Shown piece by piece: positions 15,521 to 28,678 of a stretch of DNA of 64,000 nt (position 1 is its first letter; each line of letters begins with the position of its first letter). The stretch comes from Macrostomum lignano. Lineage: Eukaryota. The position numbers and the translations under genes are program-made. The stretch spans positions 62,001 to 126,000 of the forward strand of contig NIVC01001283.1 of the NCBI GenBank assembly GCA_002269645.1. The letters run 5' to 3'. The notes beneath the pieces are model-generated. The model was not told the DNA's origin, ran no database searches, and worked only from the letters and a program-made list of their open reading frames with translations.

Positions 15521-15854
15521 TGGAGAATGGGGTTCTGCTGAAGCTCAACTCCAACTGAATAGAACGGGTTTCAGCACAAAGAAAACAAACTGCAGAACCA
15601 ACTGTGGCTCAGGTCTGTCTGGGAACATGAGAAGGTTCCAGGCTTCTTCGTCTTGAAGGTCACCAGAGTTCAAGTCGCTGCAGCTCGCCTTACCCCACTC
15701 GATCCAGGTGGGAGGTCAAGGGCTGAAATCTCCGCCCATTTTCGGATCCCAATTGATAAGCTGAATCCTAAATAAAGACAAAACAAAGAGCTAAAGAAAT
15801 GGTTTAAATGCTTGATTTCTATGACTATATCGACCTTCTTTATCCATCTATATC

Positions 15855-16478
15855 AGCAATTCATTCTATTCCTGCACCTATGTATTGGCTAGATTAGCAA
15901 TCCATTCTATTCCTGCATCCATGTATTGGCTAGATTAGCAATCCATTCTATTCCTACATCCATGTATTGGCTTAATTAGCAATCCATTCTATTCCTGCAT
16001 CCGTGTATTGGCTAGATTAGCAATCCATTCTATTCCTGCATCCATGTATTGGCTAGATTAGCAATCCATTCTATTCCTGCATCCGTGTATTGGCTAGATT
16101 AGCAATCCATCCTATTCCTGCATCCGTGTATTGGCTAGATTAGCAATCCATTCTATTCCTGCACCCGTGTATTGGCTAGATTAGCAATCCATTCTATTCC
16201 TGCATCCGTGTATTGGCTAGATTAGCAATCCATTCTATTCCTGCATCCGTGTATTGGCTAGATTAGCAATCCATTCTATTCCTGCATCCGTGTATTGGCT
16301 AGATTAGCAATCCATTCTATTCCTGCACCCATGTATTGGCTAGATTAGCAATCCATTCTATTCCTGCATCCGTGTATTGGCTAGATTAGCAATCCATTCT
16401 ATTCCTGCATCCATGTATTGGCTAGATTAGCAATCCATTCTATTCCTGCATCCGTGTATTGGCTAGATTAGCAATCCA
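15855..16478. repeat. 41-bp satellite, locus 1 (about 15 units)
   Basis: GCTAGATTAGCAATCCATTCTATTCCTGCATCCGTGTATTG. Confidence 0.97.
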
Positions 16479-17101
16479 TTTCAGTTCATTTCATTAATGT
16501 CAATTCAGAAAGGTCAATCCCTAGCCAAAAGGAAGCATTATCTGAAGATTACAATCCACTGCAGTCTTAATGCGAATGTTTTTTCTAATCTTGATAAGCG
16601 AGTCTCGTGACTGCTGATGATGAGGCGAAACAAGCATCATCAATCGCGGCTGCTGCGACATTCCATCCTCCGCCGGGCGATGATGCAATCCTTGATGCCT
16701 GCTTTCTTAAAAAGCCGCTGATGCTGCTGCACTCTCTCTTTCTCTCTCTCTCTCTCTCGCTCGCTTTGGCTCCATCAACCGATCTTCCAGACTCTCCTCT
16801 AGTCCTCTTCCGCCTCTTGTCTAGACGGGCCGGCATGCGGCACAAACGATGATGGATGGCCCACCGCAGCCCCGAGGCTGCACGCATGCAGGAGGAGGCA
16901 GTCAGTGCCACGGCTTCTCAGGGCTGCTACTCACTGCCACCTTATCTCCTCCTCTCTACCCCCCTCTCTCACTACCTACAAGCAAGAGGAACACTGGGGA
17001 TTCCGGCAGTCACTGCATGCAGCTGCAGATGCTCTGACTCACGAAAAGGCAATCTGTCATTGTTTGTGTGCTTCTCTCAGCTCTGCTCACTGTGTGATAC
17101 G

Positions 17102-17756
<655 letters not shown>

Positions 17757-18389
17757 AGTCCTCCGTAGCTGCACACACATTGGAGTAGCCATGAGAATCC
17801 AATCCTCTCTGCTGCCAGCAGTCCCGCACTCGCAGGCATACCTGAGTAACCAGTGCTCTTCAGCGTAGAAAAATGTGCAAACAGGAAGGAGGTCCGTCTT
17901 TGACAGATCCCATCTCACTCGCGCAGAAGTGTGTTTGCCATTACTCTCCCACCAGCCTCTCTGTTCCCCCCTCATTCTCCATCAGTTGCCGCTCCCACTC
18001 CAGAGTCCACTCCAAAACTCCGCATTGCCTCCTCTTTTCCTGGGGCCACTTGATGCAGCAAGAGAAATTGTTGCAGAGTAAACACTAACAGCCTCCTCCC
18101 AACCCCCCTGATCGAATCAACAGGCAATTCTTTATTGGGGGGAACAGGCCGGTTAATGACGTCGAGCCATTCCCCCAGCGTCAGCCTCAGATTCAAGGAT
18201 TTCGATGGAGCTTCAGTTTTCAGAGCTGTGCAAACCCTGAAGTGTTGATATATTGACTGAATACTGGTCGAGAGGCCCCAGCAACGGAGCACGGCACTCA
18301 AAGATTTTGAGCACAACAACCCTTGTCGCAAATGAGCGAAGAGATCAAAGTAAAGCTGCCTCCTCAGGAGCAGGGCAGCTCAGCGGTGA

Positions 18390-18752
18390 ACGCGCCCGAC
18401 TCCCGCACATTGTTTTGTGGCTTGAGAAATGGCGCCCGACTCCCGCGCATTCTTTCGGGGCTTGAGAAATGGCGCTCGACTCCCGCGCATTCTTTTGTGG
18501 CTTGAGAAATGGCGCCCGACTCCCGCGCATTCTTTCGGGGCTTGAGAAATGGCGCCCGACTCCCGCGCATTCTTTTTATGGCTTGAAAAATGGCGCCCGA
18601 CTCCCGCGCATTCTTTTGTGGCTTGAGAAATGGCGCCCGACTCCCGCGCATTCTTTTTATGGCTTGAGAAATGGCGCCCGACTCCCGCGCATTCTTTTGT
18701 GGCTTGAGAAATGGCGCCCGACTCCCGCGCATTCTTTTGTGGCTTGAGAAAT
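18390..18752. repeat. 40-41 bp CpG-rich minisatellite
   Basis: GGCTTGAGAAATGGCGCCCGACTCCCGCGCATTCTTTTGT. Confidence 0.96.
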
Positions 18753-19427
18753 TTCCCGCGGGGACGGGGGATGTCGTGCGATTTACAGCCCATGAGGACC
18801 GCACACAGAGTGTACATGCCTGAGGATCAGAAAGTCAGGGCCGATGTACACCCTGGTGAGCGAGTGTATCAGTGCGTGTCTGCGTACAGCATTTGCGTGC
18901 TTGAATGTGCTCAGGAGCCAGCGGAATTGCCAGAATTCAATGCAATTTTATTTTGAGATACCCTGTCTGGCTTCGGTTAAATCTGCTACCAACCTGTTGT
19001 TTATTTTTGATTGACAACTTGTATAAAACCAACTTGAAAATTTTCTGTGCCGTGAGAATATTTTTTCACTGGATCCCGCAGGACTTGTCAGTCAAGCTGG
19101 CACGGGAACAGCTGTTTTAACAAAATTTTGCGAAAAGAATTTATGAGGGTGAAAATATTTCAAAACTGTCAGTAAATTTTTTTCTATCAATTTTTTGCAG
19201 ATAAAAGCAGAAATTAAAATAACTGACAGAAGCAGAAATCAGGCGCCTCGGTACTGCTTCTTAATTCATTAGCATCAAAGCCAGTCACTGACTTACTTTC
19301 ACTTAAAAACGACAATTGTCCTCTAGATAAATATAATACTGTAAGTAGAAATGCGCGATGTTACTTTTTAAGCAACCAGATTCTCTTTACTGTAAATAGG
19401 TTCAATATTTTAGATTACTTAAGAATA

Positions 19428-22400
19428 AGGAGTGACCGCAACACCTGAGACTCCTGAATGAGGGGCCAACAACACCTGAGACTCCTGAATGAGGGGCCCA
19501 ACAACACCTGAGACTCCTGAATGAGGGGGCCAACAACACCTGAGACTCCTGAATTAGGGGGCCAACAACACCTGAGACTCCTGAATGAGGGGGCCAACAA
19601 CACCTGAGACTCCTGAATGAGGGGGCCAACAACACCTGAGACTCCTGAATGAGGGGCCAACAACACCTGAGACTCCTGAATGAGGGCGCCAACAACACCT
19701 GAGACTCCTGAATGAGGGCGCCAACAACACCTGAGACTCCTGAATGAGGGGCCCAACAACACCTGAGACTCCTGAATGAGGGGGCCAACAACACCTGAGA
19801 CTCCTGAATGAGGGGGCCAACAACATCTGAGACTCCTGAATGAGGACCCAACAACACCTGAGACTCCTGAATGAGGGGGCCAACAACACCTGAGACTCCT
19901 GAATGAGGGGGCCAACAACACCTGAGACTCCTGAATGAGGGGGCCAACAACATCTGAGACTCCTGAATGAGGACCCAACAACACCTGAGACTCCTGAATG
20001 AGGACCCAACAACACCTGAGACTCCTGAATGAGGGGACCAACAACACCTGAGACTCCTGAATGAGGACCCAACAACACCTGAGACTCCTGAATGAGGGCG
20101 CCAACAACACCTGAGACTCCTGAATGAGGGGGCCAACAACACCTAAGACTCCTGAATGAGGACCCAACAACACCTGAGACTCCTGAATGAGGGCGCCAAC
20201 AACACCTGAGACTCCTGAATGAGGGGGCCAACAACATCTGAGACTCCTGAATGAGGACCCAACAACACCTGAGACTCCTGAATGAGGACCCAACAACACC
20301 TGAGACTCCTGAATGAGGGGACCAACAACACCTGAGACTCCTGAATGAGGACCCAACAACACCTGAGACTCCTGAATGAGGGGGCCAACAACACCTGAGA
20401 CTCCTGAATGAGGGGGCCAACAACACCTGAGACTCCTGAATGAGGACCCAACAACACCTGAGACTCCTGAATGAGGGGCCAACAACACCTGAGACTCCTG
20501 AATGAGGGCGCCAACAACACCTGAGACTCCTGAATGAGGACCCAACAACACCTGAGACTCCTGAATGAGGGCGCCAACAACACCTGAGACTCCTGAATGA
20601 GGGGGCCAACAACACCTGAGACTCCTGAATGAGGGGACCAACAACACCTGAGACTCCTGAATGAGGACCCAACAACACCTGAGACTCCTGAATGAGGGGC
20701 CAACAACACCTGAGACTCCTGAATGAGGGCGCCAACAACACCTGAGACTCCTGAATGAGGGCGCCAACAACACCTGAGACTCCTAAATGAGGGGCCAACA
20801 ACACCTGAGACTCCTGAATGAGGGCGCCAACAACACCTGAGACTCCTAAATGAGGGGCCAACAACACCTGAGACTCCTGAATGAGGACCCAACACTTCTG
20901 AATGAGGACTCAACAACACCTGAGACTCCTAAATGAGGGGCCAACAACACCTGAGACTCCTGAATGAGGGCGCCAACAACACCTGAGACTCCTAAATGAG
21001 GGGCCAACAACACCTGAGACTCCTGAATGAGGACCCAACACTTCTGAATGAGGACCCAACAACACCTGAGACTCCTGAATCAGGGGCCAACAACACCTGA
21101 GACTCCTGAATGAGGACCCAACAACACCTGAGACTCCTGAATGAGGGGCCCAACAACACCTGAGACTCCTGAATGAGGACCCAACAACACCTGAGACTCC
21201 TAAATGAGGGGCCAACAACACCTGAGACTCCTGAATGAGGGCGCCAACAACACCTGAGACTCCTAAATGAGGGCAAACAACACCTGAGACTCCTGAATGA
21301 GGGGGCCAACAACACCTGAGACTCCTGAATGAGGGGACCAACAACACCTGAGACTCCTGAATGAGGACCCAACAACACCTGAGACTCCTGAATGAGGGCG
21401 CCAACAACACCTGAGACTCCTAAATGAGGGGCCAACAACACCTGAGACTCCTGAATGAGGGCGCCAACAACACCTGAGACTCCTAAATGAGGGGCCAACA
21501 ACACCTGAGACTCCTGAATGAGGACCCAACACTTCTGAATGAGGACTCAACAACACCTGAGACTCCTAAATGAGGGGCCAACAACACCTGAGACTCCTGA
21601 ATGAGGGCGCCAACAACACCTGAGACTCCTAAATGAGGGGCCAACAACACCTGAGACTCCTGAATGAGGACCCAACACTTCTGAATGAGGACCCAACAAC
21701 ACCTGAGACTCCTGAATCAGGGGCCAACAACACCTGAGACTCCTGAATGAGGACCCAACAACACCTGAGACTCCTGAATGAGGGGCCCAACAACACCTGA
21801 GACTCCTGAATGAGGACCCAACAACACCTGAGACTCCTAAATGAGGGGCCAACAACACCTGAGACTCCTGAATGAGGGCGCCAACAACACCTGAGACTCC
21901 TAAATGAGGGCAAACAACACCTGAGACTCCTGAATGAGGGGGCCAACAACACCTGAGACTCCTAAATGAGGGGGCCAACAACACCTGAGACTCCTAAATG
22001 AGGACCCAACAACACCTGAGACTCCTGAATGAGGGGGCCAACAACACCTGAGACTCCTGAATGAGGACCCAACAACACCTGAGACTCCTGAATGAGGGCG
22101 CCAACAACACCTGAGACTCCTGAATGAGGGCGCCAACAACACCTGAGACTCCTGAATGAGGGGCCAACAACACCTGAGACTCCTGAATGAGGGGGCCAAC
22201 AACACCTGAGACTCCTAAATGAGGGGCCAACAACACCTGAGACTCCTGAATGAGGGCGCCAACAACACCTGAGACTCCTGAATGAGGGGCCAACAACACC
22301 TGAGACTCCTGAATGAGGGGCCAACAACACCTGAGACTCCTGAATGAGGGGCCAACAACACCTGAGACTCCTAAATGAGGGGCCAACAACACCTGAGACT

Positions 22401-22850
22401 CCTGAATGAGGGCGCCAACAACACCTGAGACTCCTAAATGAGGGGCCAACAACACCTGAGACTCCTGAATGAGGGCGCCAACAACACCTGAGACTCCTAA
22501 ATGAGGGCCAACAACACCTGAGACTCCTGAATGAGGGGGCCAACAACACCTGAGACTCCTGAATGAGGGCGCCAACAACACCTGAGACTCCTGAATGAGG
22601 GCGCCAACAACACCTGAGACTCCTGAATGAGGGGGCCAACAACACCTGAGACTCCTGAATGAGGGCGCCAACAACACCTTAGACTCCTAAATGAGGGGGC
22701 CAACAACACCTGAGACTCCTGAATGAGGGCGCCAACAACACCTGAGACTCCTAAATGAGGGGGCCAACAACACCTGAGACTCCTAAATGAGGGGGCCAAC
22801 AACACCTGAGACTCCTGAATGAGGACCCAATAACAACTGAGACTCCTAAA
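19428..22850. repeat. ~32-bp minisatellite, 3.4 kb, with internal 637-bp duplication
   Basis: CCAACAACACCTGAGACTCCTGAATGAGGGG; identical ORF fragments recur at offset 637. Confidence 0.97.
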
Positions 22851-23274
22851 TGATGCAGAAGTCACAAGCAAAAATTTTGAACTTCCAAGACACCACAGAA
22901 ACTGCAAATATATTATTTATGGAGTTCACAACAAGAACAGCTGCAAAAGTCTGTAATATGAATTCGGTGCATTAACTTAAATCTAAACTGACTAATTACT
23001 TTAAGTAGGCAAGCTGAAACATGCTTAATATTTTGTGTGCTGTTATTTCACAATGCAAAGCTGTTATAGCATAAACACCATTTGTGGTGAGTAGAGAAGT
23101 TGCAAAAAAAGTTAAAAGCAGCTAACATGATCCATAAAAATCCAGGACAACAAACGGGACAACGAAACTACGAGCTAATAATTGATTTATTTTATCTTCG
23201 AGCATGTGTCAACATTAATCAATAAAAATACATAAGTAATATAATTTCTTACATAAGTAAGAAATAAATTGTCG

Positions 23275-23362
23275 CCATTTCCTCCAGTCATTTGATGACA
23301 AACTGCCATTCCCTACAATCATTTGATGACAAACTGCCATTCCCTCCAGTCATTTGATGACA
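23275..23362. repeat. 30-bp repeat x3
   Basis: CATTCCCTCCAGTCATTTGATGACAAACTGC-like. Confidence 0.85.
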
Positions 23363-23467
23363 AAATTTAGGGTTTTTCAACCAAAGAAATCGTAAATTTT
23401 GTAGTTTAATCGGGACTAAAAGGACCCCTGACTGCCTCAGTCCCAAATTCACTGGGGAGATCCTGGC

Positions 23468-26400
23468 TTAGAGCTCATCCTCTGAGCACTCGGGCAGCAC
23501 TTGGCTCCATCTGGCCGTGGTTGCCCTTGCACTGTCCATCGGACCGGAGTCCTTCCCGAAGCCGCTTCCGTCGCCCTCGGAGAACTGCTGACTACTCGGC
23601 CAGTCGTCCTCCTCGGGCAGCAGGCTGCAGTTCCGGAAATTGTGCTCCTCCGACGCCTCCGAGTCGCCTTCGTTGTCGACGTCGTGCGAAGCCGCCGCCG
23701 CCTCCCGGTGCACCAGCACGTCTGTCCTGCTCGCCGACGAGTCCGTATTGCAGACAGTCGCCGACAGCGCAGTCTCCTGTCGCAGTTGCTCCTTCTTCGG
23801 CTTGCTGTCCAACGCCGTGGACGAAGTGCCCGAACCGCCCGTGCCGGCCGTCTTCGCGTTTCGCACCGCCACGGCGTGTTGTCGATCCGTGGTGGCCCCG
23901 GTTGTGCCGCCGACGCCGCCGCCGGCTCCAGCAGGCCGGCCGCCGGGGCGATGCCGGTGCTGCCTCGGCCTGGTGACGTAGCTCAGCATTCGGGTGAAGT
24001 TCTTTTGCCTGCAGTGCAGCAGGCTGGCCAGCAGGCGGCGGAACTGCTCCTCGCTGATGCAGTAGATAACGAAATTAACAGAAAAATTGACGAAGTTCAG
24101 CGTCAGCGTGATGGTCAGCGCGTTGGCCGCCCAGACGTAGCAGTAGGTGCCCGACATGGCGTGAGTGACGATGTGGAACAGAGCCAACGGGAAGCTCAGC
24201 AGGATGTAGGTCGTGGACACCAGGATCAGCCGCTTCGTGACTTGCCGGTCGATCTGCTCATCCGACTGCTGCCCTGACGACGAGGCTTTGCGCAAGTCGT
24301 GCCCGTCGCCGCGGCGCCGGAGCACGAACAGGATGACCAGGTTGCAGACGCCCGTGACAAAAAAGGGCACAACAGACAGCGACAGGACGTGGAACACGGC
24401 GAACGGTTTGAACACGGCGAAGTTGATGCGGCACTCGGACACCGGCTGGCAGTCCAGACCGATGCCCGGCGGCAGGAGGCTGTGCGGCGCCGTTGACAAG
24501 TCGGCCGGCTCAGCTTTGCCAAGCAGGCCGCTGATGTTGGCGAATGCCGCCGATGCTGACCGACTTCGGCTGGCGTTGCTGCGCTTGAAGGACGGCGGGG
24601 TGGCGAGCTCTGACAGCAGCCCCGAGTGCGGCTGCTCGGCCTCGCCAGGATACACGAATCCGAAGTGGCTGTGAGTCGGCTGGGTGCCGTTGTTCCCATC
24701 GACGAAGACTGTCTCGCTGACGCTGCCGCCGACGCCGCCGTCCGTCTGGTTGGTGTCGAAGTCGCACTTGGCATTGCTGAGCAACTCGTCCGAGTAGACG
24801 GTCTCGCCAGTGTCGTTCCGGTACAGCCGGCTGGGATGGTTGACCACGTAGCGCCGGAAGCTGAACAGCGCCGGGGAGGACAGCAGGCAGCTGGACACGA
24901 CCAGGCAGGCCACGGCGATGCGCGCCTTGCGCAGCGTGAGCCATCGAGACCAGCGGAACGGATTCACCAGGACCAGGGCGCGCTCGATGCTGAAGAACAC
25001 GATGATGTACACTGAGACCATGATCGCCGAGTAGGTGATGAACATGCGGATGTTGCAGGCGGGAAACGAGTTCACCAGCATGGACACCGGGTTCAGCGGG
25101 CTTAGGTGAATGGCTGGGCGGAGCATCATCTGCGTGGAGGTGAGTAGTGCATTGAACACCAGAGCGAAGCAGTCGGCAACAGCCAGCGCCCGAAGATAGA
25201 AAGTGCTGGACTGGTTCCGGCGGCTCTTGTCGTAGCCCAGAATCATGAAGGACATGGTGTTGCCTGCGAGACGGGATGCTTGGGTTTCAGTGGCGCTTGC
25301 AGCCCTGCACCCCGACTGTTGCAGCCACCTCACTCCCTGCCCCTCTGCACCCCGACTGTTGTAGCCACCTCACTCCCTGCCCCTCTGCACCCCGACTGTT
25401 GTAGCCACCTCACTCCCTGCCTAACTGCAGCCCCCGACTGTTGCAGCCACCACACTCCCTGCCCCTCTTCCCCCTGACTGTTGCAGCCACCTCACTCCCT
25501 GCCCCTCTTCCCCCTGACTGTTGCAGCCACCTCACTCCCTGCCCCTCTTCCCCCTGACTGTTGCAGCCACCTCACTCCCTGCCCCTCTTCCCCCTGACTG
25601 TTGCAGCCACCTCACTCCCTGCCCCTCTGCACCCCCGACTGTTGCAGCTAGCATTTAAAAATAGTTGGAAGCTAGTCCTGCATGAGCAAACTAAGCCAAG
25701 AGCTAAATTTTGAGTTGCTTAATATTTATCACCCTTTGCCAGACTAAAATCTGGTCAGCAAATCTGGAAGCAGTATTGCGGCGAGTTAGATTTCCTCAGT
25801 CTCGGCCAGTAAGCACGGCATATATGAGCTGCTCACTGTAGTGTGCCCAATACCGTATCGAGGCCTAAGGTTAAACGAACTCCAGTAACAGATTCCTATG
25901 CCAACAAAATAAATATTTGACAAAAGTCTGAATAACTCTCTGGATCCGAGTTGGAGATGCTGGCCTGAGTTCAAGCCGGCTAGGAACCCTGACCAGATGC
26001 TTCATTATTTGATACTCAAAGGAAGTCTACTTCATGAAGTCTTTTCTTATCAGGATTTTTTTAGAAACTTCCGCTTCGTCTTTTCAACAAAATGACTGTT
26101 TTTTAGATTTTCTTCTGGACAGCGAATGCTCACCCTGGCTAATTCGAGCAGATTCGAGGGAGTGGACAGGTAGATTAGAGGGAGTGGACAGGTAGATTCG
26201 GGGGAGTGGACAGGTAGATTCGGGGGAGTGGACTGGTAGATTCAAGCAAGTGGACAGGTAGATTCGAGGGAGTGGACAGGTAGATTCGAGGGAGTGGACA
26301 GGTAGATTCAAGCAAGTGGACAGGTAGATTCGAGGGAGTGGACAGGTAGATTCAAGCAAGTGGACAGGTAGATTCGAGGGAGTGGACAGGTAGATTCGAG

Positions 26401-27196
26401 GGAGTGGACAGGTAGATTCGAGGGAGTGGACAGGTAGATTCAAGCAAGTGGACAGGTAGATTCGGGGGAGTGGACTGGTAGATTCAAGGGAGTGGAGAGG
26501 GAGCGGAGAGGGAGCGCAGAGGGAGCGGAGAGGCAGCAGAGGAGGAGCGGAGAGGGAGCGGAGAGGGAGCGGAGAGGGAGCGGAGAGGGAGCGGAGAGGG
26601 AGCGGAGAGGGAGCGGAGAGGGAGCGAAGAGGGAGCGAAGAGGGAGCGAAGAGGGAGCGGAGAGGGAGCGAAGAGGGAGCGGAGAGGGAGCGGAGAGGCA
26701 GCGGAGAGGGAGCGGAGAGGCAGCAGAGGAGGAGCGGAGATGGAGCAGAGAGGGAGCGGAGAGGGAGCGGAGAGGGAGCGAAGAGGGAGCGGAGAGGGAG
26801 CGAAGAGGGAGCGAAGAGGGAGCGAAGAGGGAGCGAAGAGGGAGCGGAGAGGGAGCGAAGAGGGAGCGGAGAGGGAGCGGAGAGGCAGCGGAGAGGGAGC
26901 GGAGAGGCAGCAGAGGAGGAGCGGAGATGGAGCAGAGAGGGAGCGGAGAGGGAGCGGAGAGGGAGCGGAGAGGGAGCGGAGAGGGAGCGAAGAGGCAGCG
27001 GAGAGGCAGCGGAGAGGCAGCGGAGAGGCAGCGGAGAGGCAGCGGAGAGGCAGCGGAGAAGCAGATCAAATACCAGATTAAGATGCAGATTAGAGTGTCA
27101 AAAAAGGTGCAGAAGCTCACCGAACAGGCCCAGAAGGAGCAGCAGCAAGCTGAAGATGTAGCAGAACCACAGTACCGGAGTGCTGGCGATGTACAT
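23468..27196 (-). CDS. Class A (rhodopsin-like) GPCR, FMRFamide/peptide-receptor-like, about 623 aa; exons 27121-27196 and 23468-25263
   Basis: Exon 27121-27196 encodes MYIASTPVLWFCYIFSLLLLLLGLF-G and ends at GTGAGC. Spliced in phase 1 to CAG|GCAAC at 25263 it rebuilds the TM1 motif LGLFGN. Downstream: STFYLRALAVAD (TM2), SIER (DRY equivalent), TM5 VVPF, TM6 LLSFP, TM7 NFSVNFVIY. An acceptor at 27207-27208 suggests trans-splicing or a small upstream exon (candidate 27337-27359). Confidence 0.9.
25300..25650. repeat. ~35-40 bp minisatellite in GPCR intron
   Basis: GACTGTTGCAGCCACCTCACTCCCTGCCCCTC... Confidence 0.93.
26150..26492. repeat. ~21-22 bp minisatellite in GPCR intron
   Basis: GAGTGGACAGGTAGATTCGAGG. 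Confidence 0.93.
26493..27060. repeat. 12-bp minisatellite GAGGGAGCGGA(G/A) in GPCR intron
   Basis: Directly visible. Confidence 0.93.
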
Positions 27197-27817
27197 TATT
27201 GGCACTCTGAAATTGTCGTTGAATTTGAGAATATTGAACCAACGTCAATAGGACCCCCGCTATTTATAGTATTACAAAAATATACAAACTGACTGAGCAT
27301 CAATATAATATTGATTAATGCTCAAGGGAAAGTTACCTTCCCTTGCAGCCAACACCCATGACAGTCTCTCTCTAGTTTTGCAGGGTTCCAACAAGAGAAA
27401 CTTTTGTCCGCTATCAGATGAATTCTCTCGGCTAGATGATTTGACAGATTTTCAGTTGAAACTGCTGAAACTGGGACTGCAGAGACTGCTCTTGACCAGC
27501 AGCAATAGCAGCAATTTACTAGCAGCAAAAGCAGCAATGCTTTGTTTCGGAACAGATGGTTTAAACTGTCTGGCGGATATGCAGTCTCGCACTCTCCCCA
27601 CTTCTATAGGGCTGCAACGAGCTTTCATGCAACGATTTTAAGGGGAAAAATCTCCCCTTCCTACCCCGATTCGGAGGGCTCCCGCGTGCAGGACTGGGGT
27701 TGGGGGTCCGGGCGTTCTGGGCGCAGGATCTGGCGAGGGGATTTTTATTTTTTAGTGCACCTTGATGACGATGATGGAATCAGGGGATTCAGTGATTCGC
27801 GCCTCTGTCACTAACAA

Positions 27818-28428
27818 ATTTGCAGCCTCTGACACCCCAGATTAGAGCCTCTGACACCCCAGATTGCAGCCTCTGACACCCCAGATTGGAGCCTCTGACA
27901 CCCAAGATTAGAGCCTCTGACACCCCAGATTGGAGCCTCTGACACCATAGATTGCAGCCTCTGACACCACAGATTGGAGCCTCTGACACCATAGATTGCA
28001 GCCTCTGACACCACAGATTGGAGACTCTGACACCACAGATTGGAGCCTCTGACACCACAGATTGGAGCCTCTGACACCACAAATTGGAGCCTCTGACACC
28101 ACAGATTGGAGCCTCTGACACCCCAGATTGGAGCCTCTGACACCACAGATTGCAGCCTCTGACACCCCAGATTGCAGCCTCTGACACCCCAGATTGGAGA
28201 CTCTGACACCACAAATTGGAGCCTCTGACACCCCAGATTGGAGACTCTGACACCACAGATTGGAGCCTCTGACACCACAGATTGGAGCCTCTGACACCCC
28301 AGATTGGAGACTCTGACACCACAAATTGGAGCCTCTGACACCCCAGATTGGAGACTCTGACACCACAGATTGGAGCCTCTGACACCACAGATTGGAGCCT
28401 CTGACACCACAGATTAAAGACTCTGACA
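27818..28428. repeat. 22-bp minisatellite AGATTGGAGCCTCTGACACC(C/A)C
   Basis: Directly visible. Confidence 0.95.
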
Positions 28429-28678
28429 CACCGGACCGGCGCTTTCGACAAGAAACTTTTTGAGGTCTAAATTGTCGGTAGAAATGTACTTTTCTGCGGT
28501 TAGTTTCCTTTCCAGTAAGTACAATCTAGAAGTCCATGGCCGAGGCCGTTCCTCGGTGCTATCTCTCTCTCTCCCTCTCTCTCCCCCTCTATCCAGGACT
28601 GCATTTTTCGATTCGACAGGCCACGAAGGCTGGGGCTGGGCAGAATCTTTGATAGGAGGCTGGGCGAAAAAATAATAG

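Noticed and set aside
18809-18852. Hammerhead ribozyme (CTGAGGA...GAAA)
   Set aside because: Only 3 nt lie between the core motifs, so there is no stem II, and the second copy lacks CTGANGA.
19428-22850. CRISPR-like appearance of regular 20-50 bp arrays
   Set aside because: Units are contiguous with no unique spacers, there are no cas genes, and the context is eukaryotic.
23501-25015. Plus-strand ORFs over the GPCR
   Set aside because: Antisense shadows of GC-rich coding sequence.
25264-25333. ORF-track N-terminus MRWLQQSGCR... of the GPCR
   Set aside because: Read-through into the repeat-containing intron; TM1 is completed only by splicing from 27121.
27322-27537. Signal-peptide-like ORF as GPCR exon 1
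   Set aside because: Non-ATG start, and its donor at 27336 is phase 0 in that frame, incompatible with the phase-2 acceptor at 27207.
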